Source: an uncultured Desulfosarcina sp.
GTDB taxonomy: Bacteria; Desulfobacterota; Desulfobacteria; Desulfobacterales; Desulfosarcinaceae
Assembly: GCA_963674945.2 (NCBI GenBank)
Contig: CAXXWQ010000001.1
Location: 352,001-416,000, forward strand
Direction of reading: 5' to 3'
Length of the DNA: 64,000 nucleotides
Shown one piece after another: positions 10,282-18,820 of this stretch. Positions within the stretch are counted from its first letter, which is position 1; the number at the start of each line of letters is the position of its first letter. A model generated the notes under the pieces. The model saw only the letters and a program-made list of their open reading frames with translations, made no database searches and was not told the DNA's origin. The position numbers were made by a program, and so were the translations under genes.

Positions 10282-10779
10282 TTATTTTATCTTGACCAGA
10301 TCGTCTTTCATAGTATCGGGAACGTCATCCATCGTAATTATCTGAAGCTGATTCTGTTTCGTTGATATCAGCTCTTGATCCAATTCGACATCGAGGTTTT
10401 CTAAGGTCCACATGGCACCAGTCGCAGGATCAACAATCAGATAGCCGATAAGCCCACCGAAAAAGAGATTCCCGGCGATGTACCAGCCATCCACTCCTCG
10501 TTTAATTTGAGTGGTTTGCGACGTAAACCCCTCTTTGGTGAATGTGACGCTGTATTCTTCGCCTTTAAAATATCCAGCCCCTGCCTTTAGAGTCAAAGTG
10601 GTTGGCGTTTTCCCTGAGAAGACCTTCATATTGGCCTTGTTTACGATGGTTATATCTGCTCCATTGGGTTTGCTGTTGATACTCACAGGGTATTCAGACT
10701 TGCTGACAATAGAAGCACAACTTGCAAAAACAGCGGCAACTGCGAATACAGCGACAAATTGAACAGTTCCAGATTTCAT
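10282..10779 (-). CDS. Lipoprotein, PEGA-like domain plus hydrophobic hairpin
   Basis: Lipobox FASC; VSINSKPNGADITI...GKTPTT; GNLFFGGLIGYLIVDPATGAMW. Confidence 0.75.
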   Translation of the reverse strand: MKSGTVQFVAVFAVAAVFASCASIVSKSEYPVSINSKPNGADITIVNKANMKVFSGKTPTTLTLKAGAGYFKGEEYSVTFTKEGFTSQTTQIKRGVDGWYIAGNLFFGGLIGYLIVDPATGAMWTLENLDVELDQELISTKQNQLQIITMDDVPDTMKDDLVKIK

Positions 10780-11222
10780 TTTCTTCCTCCATGAATTGTA
10801 GATGCCAAATGGCGATTGTTGATTGTCAATAGACGACTTGCCAACATTCCAAATAGCGCTAAAGGTTCCTGATTTTAACTTTTTCGTGCAAGATCTCCAT
10901 AAAAAGACAAACCGCCAAAAACTCTATTGGCTTTGTAGTGCTTCAAAATAGTATATCGGCCGTTATCTCTAATACATAAAAAAATAAGAGAATAATTCGT
11001 ATTGTTTGTAGGTAGTAACTGCCATAGGCGCATCGTGCGAAATTTTGATAGGGAAAGATTTTCATCCTCTTGTGGTGTGAGTATAGGTAGGTATTCGTGA
11101 TACTAAGAAAACTTATAAAACCGTAAGAAAGGGTAACACTTTCTCTGAATAAAAATTACGGAAAACTTGTACAAAGGGACAAGGACAGACTTGCCCCTTG
11201 TTTTCAATTTTAAAAGTTCGAT

Positions 11223-11360
11223 GGTCGACGTTCAGTTCCCTTAGGGACTGGGCGCCTCATTAGCATGGTGCCTGTTAAGTGCTTTGTACTACATGCCTGC
11301 ACAGAATTTCAAAAACGCCGCACGAATAGCCCAGTCCGCTCAACTGCCTTGATGTTGGCC
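11223..11360 (-). other. attC site D (degenerate R'), overlapping the vapC stop
   Basis: Minus strand: R'' GGCCAAC ... CAGTTGAGCGGACTGGGC / GCCCAGTCCCTAAGGGAACTG ... R' GTCGACC. R'' complements the cassette start GTTGGCC at 12071-12065. Confidence 0.6.
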
Positions 11361-11771
11361 TATGAACTCAGTCAGAAGTCCAGCGTTCTGAGCTGCAACA
11401 AACTGTCTTTTATCAGAAGTTGCAAAAATTTCGGTCTGCCATTCAAGGGCACAGGCGACATGCAAAGCATCCATTGCCCTTAAGTTATTATTCTCTAAAA
11501 GCTTCACAGAACGGGAAATGACCGCCGGGGTAATTTGAAGAACGATTGCGTCACGGACATCTTCCAGCAATTGCCTCTTAATTGTTCGATATTCGCGCAA
11601 CGATAAAATTTGCCCTCTCCGTCTTCGAATTAGCGCAGAAATTATTTCAGGCACCAAAATTGTACACAATGCTAACTGAGACGCCCTCTGCAAAAGAGAG
11701 TCCATACTCTCAGAACCTTGCTCATATACATATCTTTTAGCAAGAGCGGATGAATCACAAAAAAGCTTCAT
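11340..11771 (-). CDS. vapC: VapC PIN-domain toxin
   Basis: FCDSSALAKRY...E...LRAMDALHVACA...TSDKRQ PIN motifs; overlaps the antitoxin stop. Confidence 0.92.
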   Translation of the reverse strand: MKLFCDSSALAKRYVYEQGSESMDSLLQRASQLALCTILVPEIISALIRRRRGQILSLREYRTIKRQLLEDVRDAIVLQITPAVISRSVKLLENNNLRAMDALHVACALEWQTEIFATSDKRQFVAAQNAGLLTEFIGQHQGS

Positions 11772-12001
11772 GATTCTGCCTCACGATCCTCCACAATAGC
11801 CGATGATAAATCTGCTCCGCTAATCTGTAAATGAATACCTGGCTCTTTCCAGGATGGTGTTCGTGTATGCCGGTCAGTAAATGGAACAACCTCTGCTATT
11901 GGCTTTCCACGCCTCACAAGGATTATCGTTTCGCCGTGCTCTACTTCAGTAATAAAACTGGATGCTTTTTTTCTAAAATCAGTAAAATTGACTGTTTTCA
12001 T
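11768..12001 (-). CDS. Phd/YefM-family antitoxin
   Basis: MKTVNFTDFRKKASSFITEVEHGETIILVRRGKPIAEVVP. Confidence 0.92.
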   Translation of the reverse strand: MKTVNFTDFRKKASSFITEVEHGETIILVRRGKPIAEVVPFTDRHTRTPSWKEPGIHLQISGADLSSAIVEDREAES

Positions 12002-12050
12002 AATGCCCCCCTATGTGTACATTTAAATGTACACATAGGGGGGCATTATG
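11999..12050. promoter_or_regulatory. 52-bp perfect palindrome covering the TA promoter, RBS and start codon
   Basis: CATAATGCCCCCCTATGTGTACATTT|AAATGTACACATAGGGGGGCATTATG, with a minus-strand TTGACA abutting it. Confidence 0.85.
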
Positions 12051-12326
12051 TCAAGCCGTTTGAAGGCCAACATTGATATTCTATAGACGTCTATTTTAAC
12101 TGCTACCCGTTACGGAAATAAACATCACGTAAATCGCTATCAGCCACGCAGGTACCAAAGCGACCCAATAAAGACATAAAGAACTGAAAAGTATCGGAAG
12201 GCAAATAACTAATTCCATGCACAAGTACGCCCTAAAGAAGTTTCGATTTTCAAAGCGCCGTATTTCTCGCCTTCTTCCGAAAAAAATATTTCCTCTATAA
12301 ATAGATCATCCTTCAATATCGGGCTT

Positions 12327-12389
12327 GTTCAACAACCGGATAAGATCGTGGCTCGCTTCGCTCTCACGATCTATCCTTATTCGTTCTGT
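12327..12389 (-). other. attC site C
   Basis: Minus strand: ACAGAAC-gaata-aGGATAGATCGTG...CACGATCTTATCC-ggtt-GTTGAAC, starting a few nt after the antitoxin pseudogene stop. Confidence 0.7.
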
Positions 12390-12392
12390 TTT

Positions 12393-12658
12393 CTATTGCT
12401 GTTTTGGCGACAATGTACCATTTAGGTACTTGTGAATGATACTTGAAATAAGCGTCTGATAAGGAATTCCTTCTTCAACTGCTTTTATTTGAATTTGATG
12501 ATAGTCTTTTTTAGGGTGTTTCGAGCAGCTTCAATAGCGGCTTTTTTTTGATGTTTGAGATCCTTTACGGGTTTCCATTCATCATTTTCAAGCGATTTCA
12601 TCAAATCACTTTCTTCTTTATCCAATGGTTCAAATGCCCTTTTGTTTAATTTTTTCAT
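12393..12658 (-). pseudogene. Frameshifted CopG/BrnA-like antitoxin
   Basis: Frame 1 gives MKKLNKRAFEPLDKEESDLMKSLENDEWKPV...AARNTLKK; a second frame continues KDYHQIQIKAVEEGIPYQTLISSIIHKYLNG...*. Good RBS; no toxin gene upstream. Confidence 0.75.
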
Positions 12659-12673
12659 ATTTCCCCCTTCAAG

Positions 12674-12746
12674 CCATATCGTCTTATATCACCTGTGTGA
12701 GTGAAGTGCAGCGGAACTCACATCCGAGTGAATTCAGTTGTTCGAT
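12674..12746 (-). other. attC site B (R' degenerate, GATATGG)
   Basis: Minus strand: R'' ATCGAAC just after the vapC stop; stem TCAC..TGTGAGT/ACTCACA..GTGA. R'' complements the cassette start GTTCGAT at 13461-13455. Confidence 0.65.
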
Positions 12747-12754
12747 GAGCTAAA

Positions 12755-13162
12755 TTATTCAGGAGAAATGATTTTGACAGTTGGAAAATAGGTCTGATAC
12801 CTATGTTTATCTCGTGTAATTAATTCAAGATCTAATACAGCAGCCTGTGCACCAATAAAAAAGTCCGGCAAGGGGGACTTTTTTACACCTTTATGCTTTC
12901 GGTAGTTGAGAAAGGCTTTACCGGCAAGGAAAAGGGCTTCTTTTGGAATTTCTAACATACGAAATCCGCTTTTCGAAAGAGCTACTTCCAACTCCTCAAT
13001 CTTTTTAAAACCAATGGAAATTTCGGTGTATATAATTTGGTTAATGAAGAGGGAAGTATGATTGGAATATTCATTTAGAACGGCCTCCGACCATTCAGCC
13101 CAAATAGGATCATCGAGAAAAACATCAAGGATGATATTTGAATCAACAAGAAAGCCTTTCAT
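12755..13162 (-). CDS. vapC: VapC PIN-domain toxin
   Basis: FLVDSNIILDV...IYTEIS...PLPDFFIGAQAAV...LITRD. Confidence 0.92.
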   Translation of the reverse strand: MKGFLVDSNIILDVFLDDPIWAEWSEAVLNEYSNHTSLFINQIIYTEISIGFKKIEELEVALSKSGFRMLEIPKEALFLAGKAFLNYRKHKGVKKSPLPDFFIGAQAAVLDLELITRDKHRYQTYFPTVKIISPE

Positions 13163-13386
13163 AAATCATCTCTTGTGAGCGCCATAATTTCGTCTGTGGT
13201 CATTTTAACGGTCGCAATTCCACGAAGCTTTTTAAACTTGCGGGACGCACGTGCCGCTCCTTTGCGTTTAACCAAAAAGACTCGATCTCCCTCTTGTAAA
13301 AAATCGACCTCGGTATCGGCGGTAATTCCTAATTTTTCTCGTATGTTAATTGGTATCGTAACCTGTCCTTTAGTTGTGACTTTCAT
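13159..13386 (-). CDS. AbrB/MazE-family antitoxin
   Basis: MKVTTKGQVTIPINIREKLGI; overlaps the vapC start. Confidence 0.92.
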   Translation of the reverse strand: MKVTTKGQVTIPINIREKLGITADTEVDFLQEGDRVFLVKRKGAARASRKFKKLRGIATVKMTTDEIMALTRDDL

Positions 13387-13454
13387 TTCTCCCTCCAGTA
13401 TTACGTATTACTGGTAAGGATAATACAACGTTTTTAATAAATCAAATGAATTTC

Positions 13455-13516
13455 ATCGAACGTTGTGCTGTGGGGCGCGCTGCTTTTTGCGCGTCCCTAC
13501 CAGCAGATGGTTCGAC
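13455..13516 (-). other. attC site A (62 bp, best-formed)
   Basis: Minus strand: GTCGAAC-catc-TGCTG[G]TAGGG[A]CGCGC-aaaaagca-GCGCGCCCCACAGCA-caac-GTTCGAT, with R boxes and extrahelical bases. R'' complements GTTCGAC at 14316-14310. Confidence 0.8.
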
Positions 13517-13594
13517 AAAGTGCTAAACAAATAACTATAACTCTGAGAATGATTCTTTGTTAAAATCCAATAAAAAAGGATAATTAATCTCTAT

Positions 13595-14290
13595 TCAATT
13601 TGAATCTTTTGAATTTTGCGAAGATTGTTTCTCCTTTTTGGATTTAGGTTCTGTAAAAGCTAAACCAACTTTTTGGTTTACATATGAAGCAATTAAGAGA
13701 GCAATCAACGACAATGTGTAAATCCCTTGTAACCAAGTTAAAAAGGCTGATAGGGCAGAATTGGTCTGTAGCGCAAAATAATTAGCTCCTACAGTGCTGA
13801 GCGCGCTAAATAAGACGAAGTCCAATGTAAGTTTGATCACAGGTGATCCATTAATAATTATATCAGATTGGTACTGAAATGGTGGTTCTGGATACGAGAA
13901 TGTGCTTGGGAAAAGCAGCCACAACTGTCTGCACATCAATGCAAACAAAATTACTGAAACCACATAAAAAAATAAAATATTCTGCCGCCGAATAGTCGCG
14001 CGCATTTCGAGCACATACTTGAAATAATATATGCTCATATTAATCAGCACAAATATCAATGCTGCATCTATACAGAGAGGGAATGCTCTAACACATATCA
14101 CTGCAATTTTAGACTTACTCAGTAAGTCTTGAAACGGTATGATTACAACAAGGCTTGTAAGAAAAAACAATAACGCCAATGCACAGAAGCTGTACCAAAG
14201 CCTTTGCAAAGTTGGCACGTTTATCCAGTCTTTTGATTCTTCGTCAAAGACGAGAACTAAATCAGCAAGAGATTTTAAAAAACTAATCAT
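13595..14290 (-). CDS. Cassette-borne hypothetical membrane protein (weak two-TM channel-like C-terminal segment)
   Basis: AT-rich ORF with 4-5 hydrophobic segments; DFVLFSALSTVG...LTWLQGIY resembles pore-loop domains; flanked by matching R'/R'' boxes. Confidence 0.65.
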   Translation of the reverse strand: MISFLKSLADLVLVFDEESKDWINVPTLQRLWYSFCALALLFFLTSLVVIIPFQDLLSKSKIAVICVRAFPLCIDAALIFVLINMSIYYFKYVLEMRATIRRQNILFFYVVSVILFALMCRQLWLLFPSTFSYPEPPFQYQSDIIINGSPVIKLTLDFVLFSALSTVGANYFALQTNSALSAFLTWLQGIYTLSLIALLIASYVNQKVGLAFTEPKSKKEKQSSQNSKDSN

Positions 14291-14374
14291 GACAATTTCA
14301 TTTCTCGTAGTCGAACCTAGTTTAGACGTCCTAAAAGACGCCTTATAATACGCCCCTTTTGCAGACGAAATCGA

Positions 14375-14441
14375 ATTAGAAGCCCAAATAGGCTAATAAT
14401 TCCAGCATATGCCGTATTAGAAGCCTATTTGGGCTTCTAAT
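14375..14441. repeat. 20-bp inverted repeat at the head of the cassette array
   Basis: ATTAGAAGCCCAAATAGGCT (14375-14394) and AGCCTATTTGGGCTTCTAAT (14422-14441). Confidence 0.85.
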
Positions 14442-14710
14442 AATTTGGCTATTAGTATCGTTTGTAGTGTGATATGAACAAATGTATCTATTTTTGTGGA
14501 TCTGGAAACTATCGAACAATTCGGTCATATAATCGTAAAGGATGGATGAACCAAATTTCCTTAAAAATCAATAATATTATTTGTTTGAAATTTATCAATA
14601 TTCAACGTTCAATCCCGTTGGGGGCTTGCAGATCAAGGCCTTTAGTGCCACAATATTCGCGTATCTAAAAGATATCAATGGAATCTGGCAACCAGAAAGG
14701 ATGTAAGTAA

Positions 14711-15676
14711 ATGCGGTTTTCCAATGCGGTGCTTGGCATTGTATGCGGATTGATGTCATTTTTCTGTGGTATGGCGTGGCTGAACAACGTCTATCTTTCA
14801 TGGATCAAGCGTATCTGGCGGATGGATCAGGAGATCGCCGCCCAAACCACCGGTCTGTTTCCATTTCTTGATGTTTTCGCCATCGACCATTCCACCGTAT
14901 CCACATTTATCCCTTTCTTCGGTCTGGCATGGGCGGCATGGGGCTTTTACAGAATATACCGGCATACGGAAAAAAAGGTCAAAATAGACGTGGGAAAGGA
15001 GTTTCCGTTCTTTTCCGGCTACAATGAATGGATGGTCTCTCTGGGACTCATGGGTACCGTCTGGGGGCTGATCATGATCGGATACCTCCCGAATCTGGAG
15101 CACCTGAAGATCACCGATCTGATCGGAGCGCTCCGCACGGCATTGTTTTCGACGCTGGCGGCCCTGGTCTGGGTGTATATCTTCGTGTTGAGAATTATCC
15201 GTCCGGGAATGCAATTTCTTGCCGAGAAATATGTGGGCCCGGCTGAACCTTCCCCCACTGTGGCTTCGCTGCAGACGGCCATTGAAACATTTGCCGCAAA
15301 CCTTGAACGACTCAATTCGGTCATTGCCGAGAGCACCCATGTTGTGGATGAATTCAGAAAGAAGGCAACCGTCGAAAATATGGAGAAAGTGGAAACGTTG
15401 ATCACGACATGCATTGAAACGCTGCCCAATATCAAGGAATCGTGCGATCAACAGACAGAGACACTCAAGGAAGCAAGGACTCTTTTGGACGAACAGCTTG
15501 CCGTTTCCCGCCAGAATTCATCTCAATTGGAAAGCATCGCAAAATCGCAGGCAGACCGTGGTCAGAACCTGGCGGCGATCAAAGATTCCCTGAATCAAAG
15601 AGATGACCGTGATGCGAAGAACAGAGAACGGTTGGGCAAAATTGTCGATGTCTTCAAAAAGTACAGCGAGGAATAG
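14711..15676 (+). CDS. MotA/TolQ/ExbB-like membrane protein with coiled-coil tail
   Basis: SLGLMGTVWGLI and LIGALRTALFSTLAAL match the two conserved ExbB/MotA helices; long helical C-terminus. Confidence 0.7.
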   Translation: MRFSNAVLGIVCGLMSFFCGMAWLNNVYLSWIKRIWRMDQEIAAQTTGLFPFLDVFAIDHSTVSTFIPFFGLAWAAWGFYRIYRHTEKKVKIDVGKEFPFFSGYNEWMVSLGLMGTVWGLIMIGYLPNLEHLKITDLIGALRTALFSTLAALVWVYIFVLRIIRPGMQFLAEKYVGPAEPSPTVASLQTAIETFAANLERLNSVIAESTHVVDEFRKKATVENMEKVETLITTCIETLPNIKESCDQQTETLKEARTLLDEQLAVSRQNSSQLESIAKSQADRGQNLAAIKDSLNQRDDRDAKNRERLGKIVDVFKKYSEE

Positions 15677-15681
15677 ATCGG

Positions 15682-16497
15682 ATGCAAATGGACACCCATC
15701 TGGCCGATAAGCCTATTCATGAGATCCTGACCGGATCCCAAACCAGCGACACAGCAGCCATCGATCGTGTGCTGTCGATTCTGGCACAGGTCTCCCTGGC
15801 GGTTTTGATCATCTTCATCATGATTGCCATATTGTTCGCCTCTTCCTATAAGGATCAGGCCCTTTACTACAAGCAACGATCGGAAGAGCTTGCCAACACT
15901 CCTGAAAAACAGGCGCTCATCGCCCTTCAGCGGCAAAAGCTCCTGTTGGCCTTCGAGAAAACGAATCACGATTACCGGCTGCGTCTGGGACATCTCACAT
16001 TTTACAGGACCGATGCACAACATCGGCGCGTGGTGCATACAGAGAATATTATCACCGGCAGAAAAATCCGGTACGACTTTCTCAAGGCCTGCGACTTTGC
16101 AAAACAGGAGCTTGCCGACTTCGATGCATTCAGGCAAAAGTACATGGAAATCGTGATGTCCAGGGCCGATCTGGTGCCTTCCGGCACGGAGCCCAAACCG
16201 GATATCCTGGATGAACAGAACAAATCGTGGTTTGCGGATCAGGTGCGCGCATCGACGACATCACTGTATGAGGACACCATCCGGTTGCAGGAGGACGCCA
16301 AGGAGGGGCTGGCAAAGTATTATCAGACCAACCTGTCGGAGATCAGTGAGTTGCGGGATCTGGCCGATACATTGACCACCACGCCGACGAGAGACCAAAT
16401 CGATTCCTTTACCAGGACAGTGAATCAATTTGTGGAAAATGAACTGGAGCGGCAAAATGTCAAGTTCCTCGTGAAGTCCCGGAAGACGGAAGGATAA
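15682..16497 (+). CDS. Hypothetical single-TM protein (possible ExbD/MotB-like partner)
   Basis: IDRVLSILAQVSLAVLIIFIMI segment with an Asp at its start; begins 5 nt after the upstream stop. Confidence 0.6.
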   Translation: MQMDTHLADKPIHEILTGSQTSDTAAIDRVLSILAQVSLAVLIIFIMIAILFASSYKDQALYYKQRSEELANTPEKQALIALQRQKLLLAFEKTNHDYRLRLGHLTFYRTDAQHRRVVHTENIITGRKIRYDFLKACDFAKQELADFDAFRQKYMEIVMSRADLVPSGTEPKPDILDEQNKSWFADQVRASTTSLYEDTIRLQEDAKEGLAKYYQTNLSEISELRDLADTLTTTPTRDQIDSFTRTVNQFVENELERQNVKFLVKSRKTEG

Positions 16498-16502
16498 GTA
16501 GC

Positions 16503-18776
16503 GTGAGGTCGAAATCCACGATATGGCTTTTTCCCCTCCTGCTCATGCTTTTGGGTATGGGAATCTTTGCCCGGACTTCCAGTGCCCAGACGTCCGACAG
16601 GAGTGCCGACGGCATGGAGCGAAAAAAACTCTCGGTCATGCTTTTGATCGATGGCTCCGTACGAGGCATGGAGAGACAGCCCATGGATGCCCAACGCCTC
16701 TATGTGGAAATAGACCAAAACAAGCGGCAACACCAATCGCGGGACGATAGTTACGCCCTTTCACGGGCATTCATGGAAAAACAACTGGAAGAGGACCTGA
16801 AAATAAGAATTGATCAGATTCTTACAGCTTCGGGGCTAACGGATATGGATCCCGCATGGTGTGAATCAGTCGAAGCAGATGCCCTTTCCCAAGGAAAGAT
16901 CCATATCGAAGACAATCTGGCAGTGCACGCAGACGCGATATTCGGTGAAGCCCGATCAAAGGCAGTGGAAGAGCAGAGAATCAATCTTGTCCATCTTGCC
17001 ACACCCAAAACCCGTGAAGACTTTCTGAACGTGGAGAGGAGGTCGCCCGAACTTCATAAAGCGTTATTGGAGCGCTCCCTTCGGCTGTATCGTGAGCCGT
17101 TGTTATCGGAAAACCGGGATTACCTTGCCAGTCAGATCGATGGCATCATCCATGAAGCCTGGCGGCAGTTCGATACGCAGAGAAAAAAAGTCAGGGATTC
17201 AAAAGGGGGAGGGGACAGGGACATTACCATCGATGCAATTGAGCGGGCGATTCATGCCGAAATCGATCAGTACCGTGCTTCCCTGAAGAAACCATATCCT
17301 GTTTTTCCTTCTGTAAACGAATCCATTCCTCCCCGATCCAGACAGCTGGCTTTCGAAAAGTTCAGTCACTGGGCCGCCTCCTGGAACGATCCGATCCCCA
17401 AGGAGAGGCTCGTCGGACTGATTGAAAATGATATCGAAGCCCACCGCGTCGCATTCCAGAGCAAACAGGTGTTGTCTCAATTCTTTCTTTTAAAAACGCA
17501 GGCTGAGATGCTGTCCGAATATCTCCGCAGGGTTCCATCCAAGGACCAGCGTCGTTTACAAGCGTTTCTCATGGAGCAGCCATCGTTTTATGTTCAGATC
17601 GAAAAGGCTGTTGAAAAAGCCCTCCGTCACTTTGAAGAGGCCCGGCAGGATGTCAGTGAGGCGCAGTTCACCCGTTTATTTCCAACACTTGCCGACGGCT
17701 CATGGAAATTGAGCGAAACGGACGTCCAGAGACGCTACAACCAGGATCATAAAACGGACAGCGATAGACGCATACAGAACTTTCTGGCCAGCAAAAAGGT
17801 GATCGAAGAGACGGATCGATTGGTTCAAAAGGCGGTTTATCGCCTTGCCGACAGAGGAGATGCCGCCATCATGCTTCAAATGTCACTGGCCCAGGACAAT
17901 CGACAACGATCAAAGGAGAACGTGGACCGTCTCTTTCTGGAAACAGCAGATAGTGAGATGAAGATGGATTGGGTGCTTGCCCAGCTCGTAACAAAGGCCA
18001 CCAAGGAGATCCAGGAGGCCTGGTCCCACACGGAATTGTCCGAAAGTTACCCACAGCTGTTTGCTATCGTAAAGGATCAGATCCGGAAAGATATAAAAGA
18101 TCTGATCCCCATGGAGTTGAAACGAGGGGAAGAAATTCGCCGGACAGGGATAGTACAAACAAAAGGACAAGAAGATCCGGCGCAGGGCAAACCGCTTTAT
18201 GTGCAAGAAGAGAAAACGAGGCAAAGAGAAAAGCAAAAAAAGGAATTTGCACGGAGATCCCGGGAAAAAGGCGAATACAGAGGAACGGGAAGAGTCCGGG
18301 ACGGTCATTCCACAGGGGTGTCAGGGTACGGTGCGGGCAGTGGGGAAAACAGACTGCGGGATGTAGTCATCGACATCGACATCGAAAATGAGAAAATCGT
18401 CATCGTCTCCGTTACGATCGGTGATGACGCCCCGTTCACGTTTACCTTTCCTTTGCGCAAAGAAACATATAAGAATTACCGGGAACGGGTGGCGCCGCAC
18501 CTGGCCCATGTGGAAAAACGGCTGGCAGACCATTTTTCAGAAAGGATTCAGGATTTTCGGTTCGAGCCTGTCTATATCGTAACCCGGATTTTTCATGTAC
18601 GGGTGCCCTATGGCTTAGTCTATGACTTGCGCGAAAGCGTTCAAAAGGCGGTCAATGCGTTAGGCGGAAAGAAGTTGCCGGTTTACTGGTATGATGGCTT
18701 TTATCTGGACAAAAATCCTGTTCGCATAGTGGATATACGAAAGAAAAGCATCCGGATGGAGGCGGATTTCCAATAG
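16503..18776 (+). CDS. Large exported helical hypothetical protein
   Basis: Signal/anchor peptide, long helical body, charged Gly-rich linker and C-terminal alpha/beta domain containing VPYGLV; begins 5 nt after the upstream stop. Confidence 0.7.
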   Translation: MRSKSTIWLFPLLLMLLGMGIFARTSSAQTSDRSADGMERKKLSVMLLIDGSVRGMERQPMDAQRLYVEIDQNKRQHQSRDDSYALSRAFMEKQLEEDLKIRIDQILTASGLTDMDPAWCESVEADALSQGKIHIEDNLAVHADAIFGEARSKAVEEQRINLVHLATPKTREDFLNVERRSPELHKALLERSLRLYREPLLSENRDYLASQIDGIIHEAWRQFDTQRKKVRDSKGGGDRDITIDAIERAIHAEIDQYRASLKKPYPVFPSVNESIPPRSRQLAFEKFSHWAASWNDPIPKERLVGLIENDIEAHRVAFQSKQVLSQFFLLKTQAEMLSEYLRRVPSKDQRRLQAFLMEQPSFYVQIEKAVEKALRHFEEARQDVSEAQFTRLFPTLADGSWKLSETDVQRRYNQDHKTDSDRRIQNFLASKKVIEETDRLVQKAVYRLADRGDAAIMLQMSLAQDNRQRSKENVDRLFLETADSEMKMDWVLAQLVTKATKEIQEAWSHTELSESYPQLFAIVKDQIRKDIKDLIPMELKRGEEIRRTGIVQTKGQEDPAQGKPLYVQEEKTRQREKQKKEFARRSREKGEYRGTGRVRDGHSTGVSGYGAGSGENRLRDVVIDIDIENEKIVIVSVTIGDDAPFTFTFPLRKETYKNYRERVAPHLAHVEKRLADHFSERIQDFRFEPVYIVTRIFHVRVPYGLVYDLRESVQKAVNALGGKKLPVYWYDGFYLDKNPVRIVDIRKKSIRMEADFQ

Positions 18777-18820
18777 CATCATCATTCTGTTCGCTAACAA
18801 CACGGATTCCTGACGTTGGG

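Noticed and set aside
10282..10779. Lipoprotein gene as a further integron cassette
   Set aside because: Followed by an ordinary terminator rather than an attC, and has a long upstream region of its own.
14711..18776. Calling the locus Zorya
   Set aside because: No OmpA-domain ZorB and no helicase or nuclease partner are visible; only the tailed MotA-like gene is similar.
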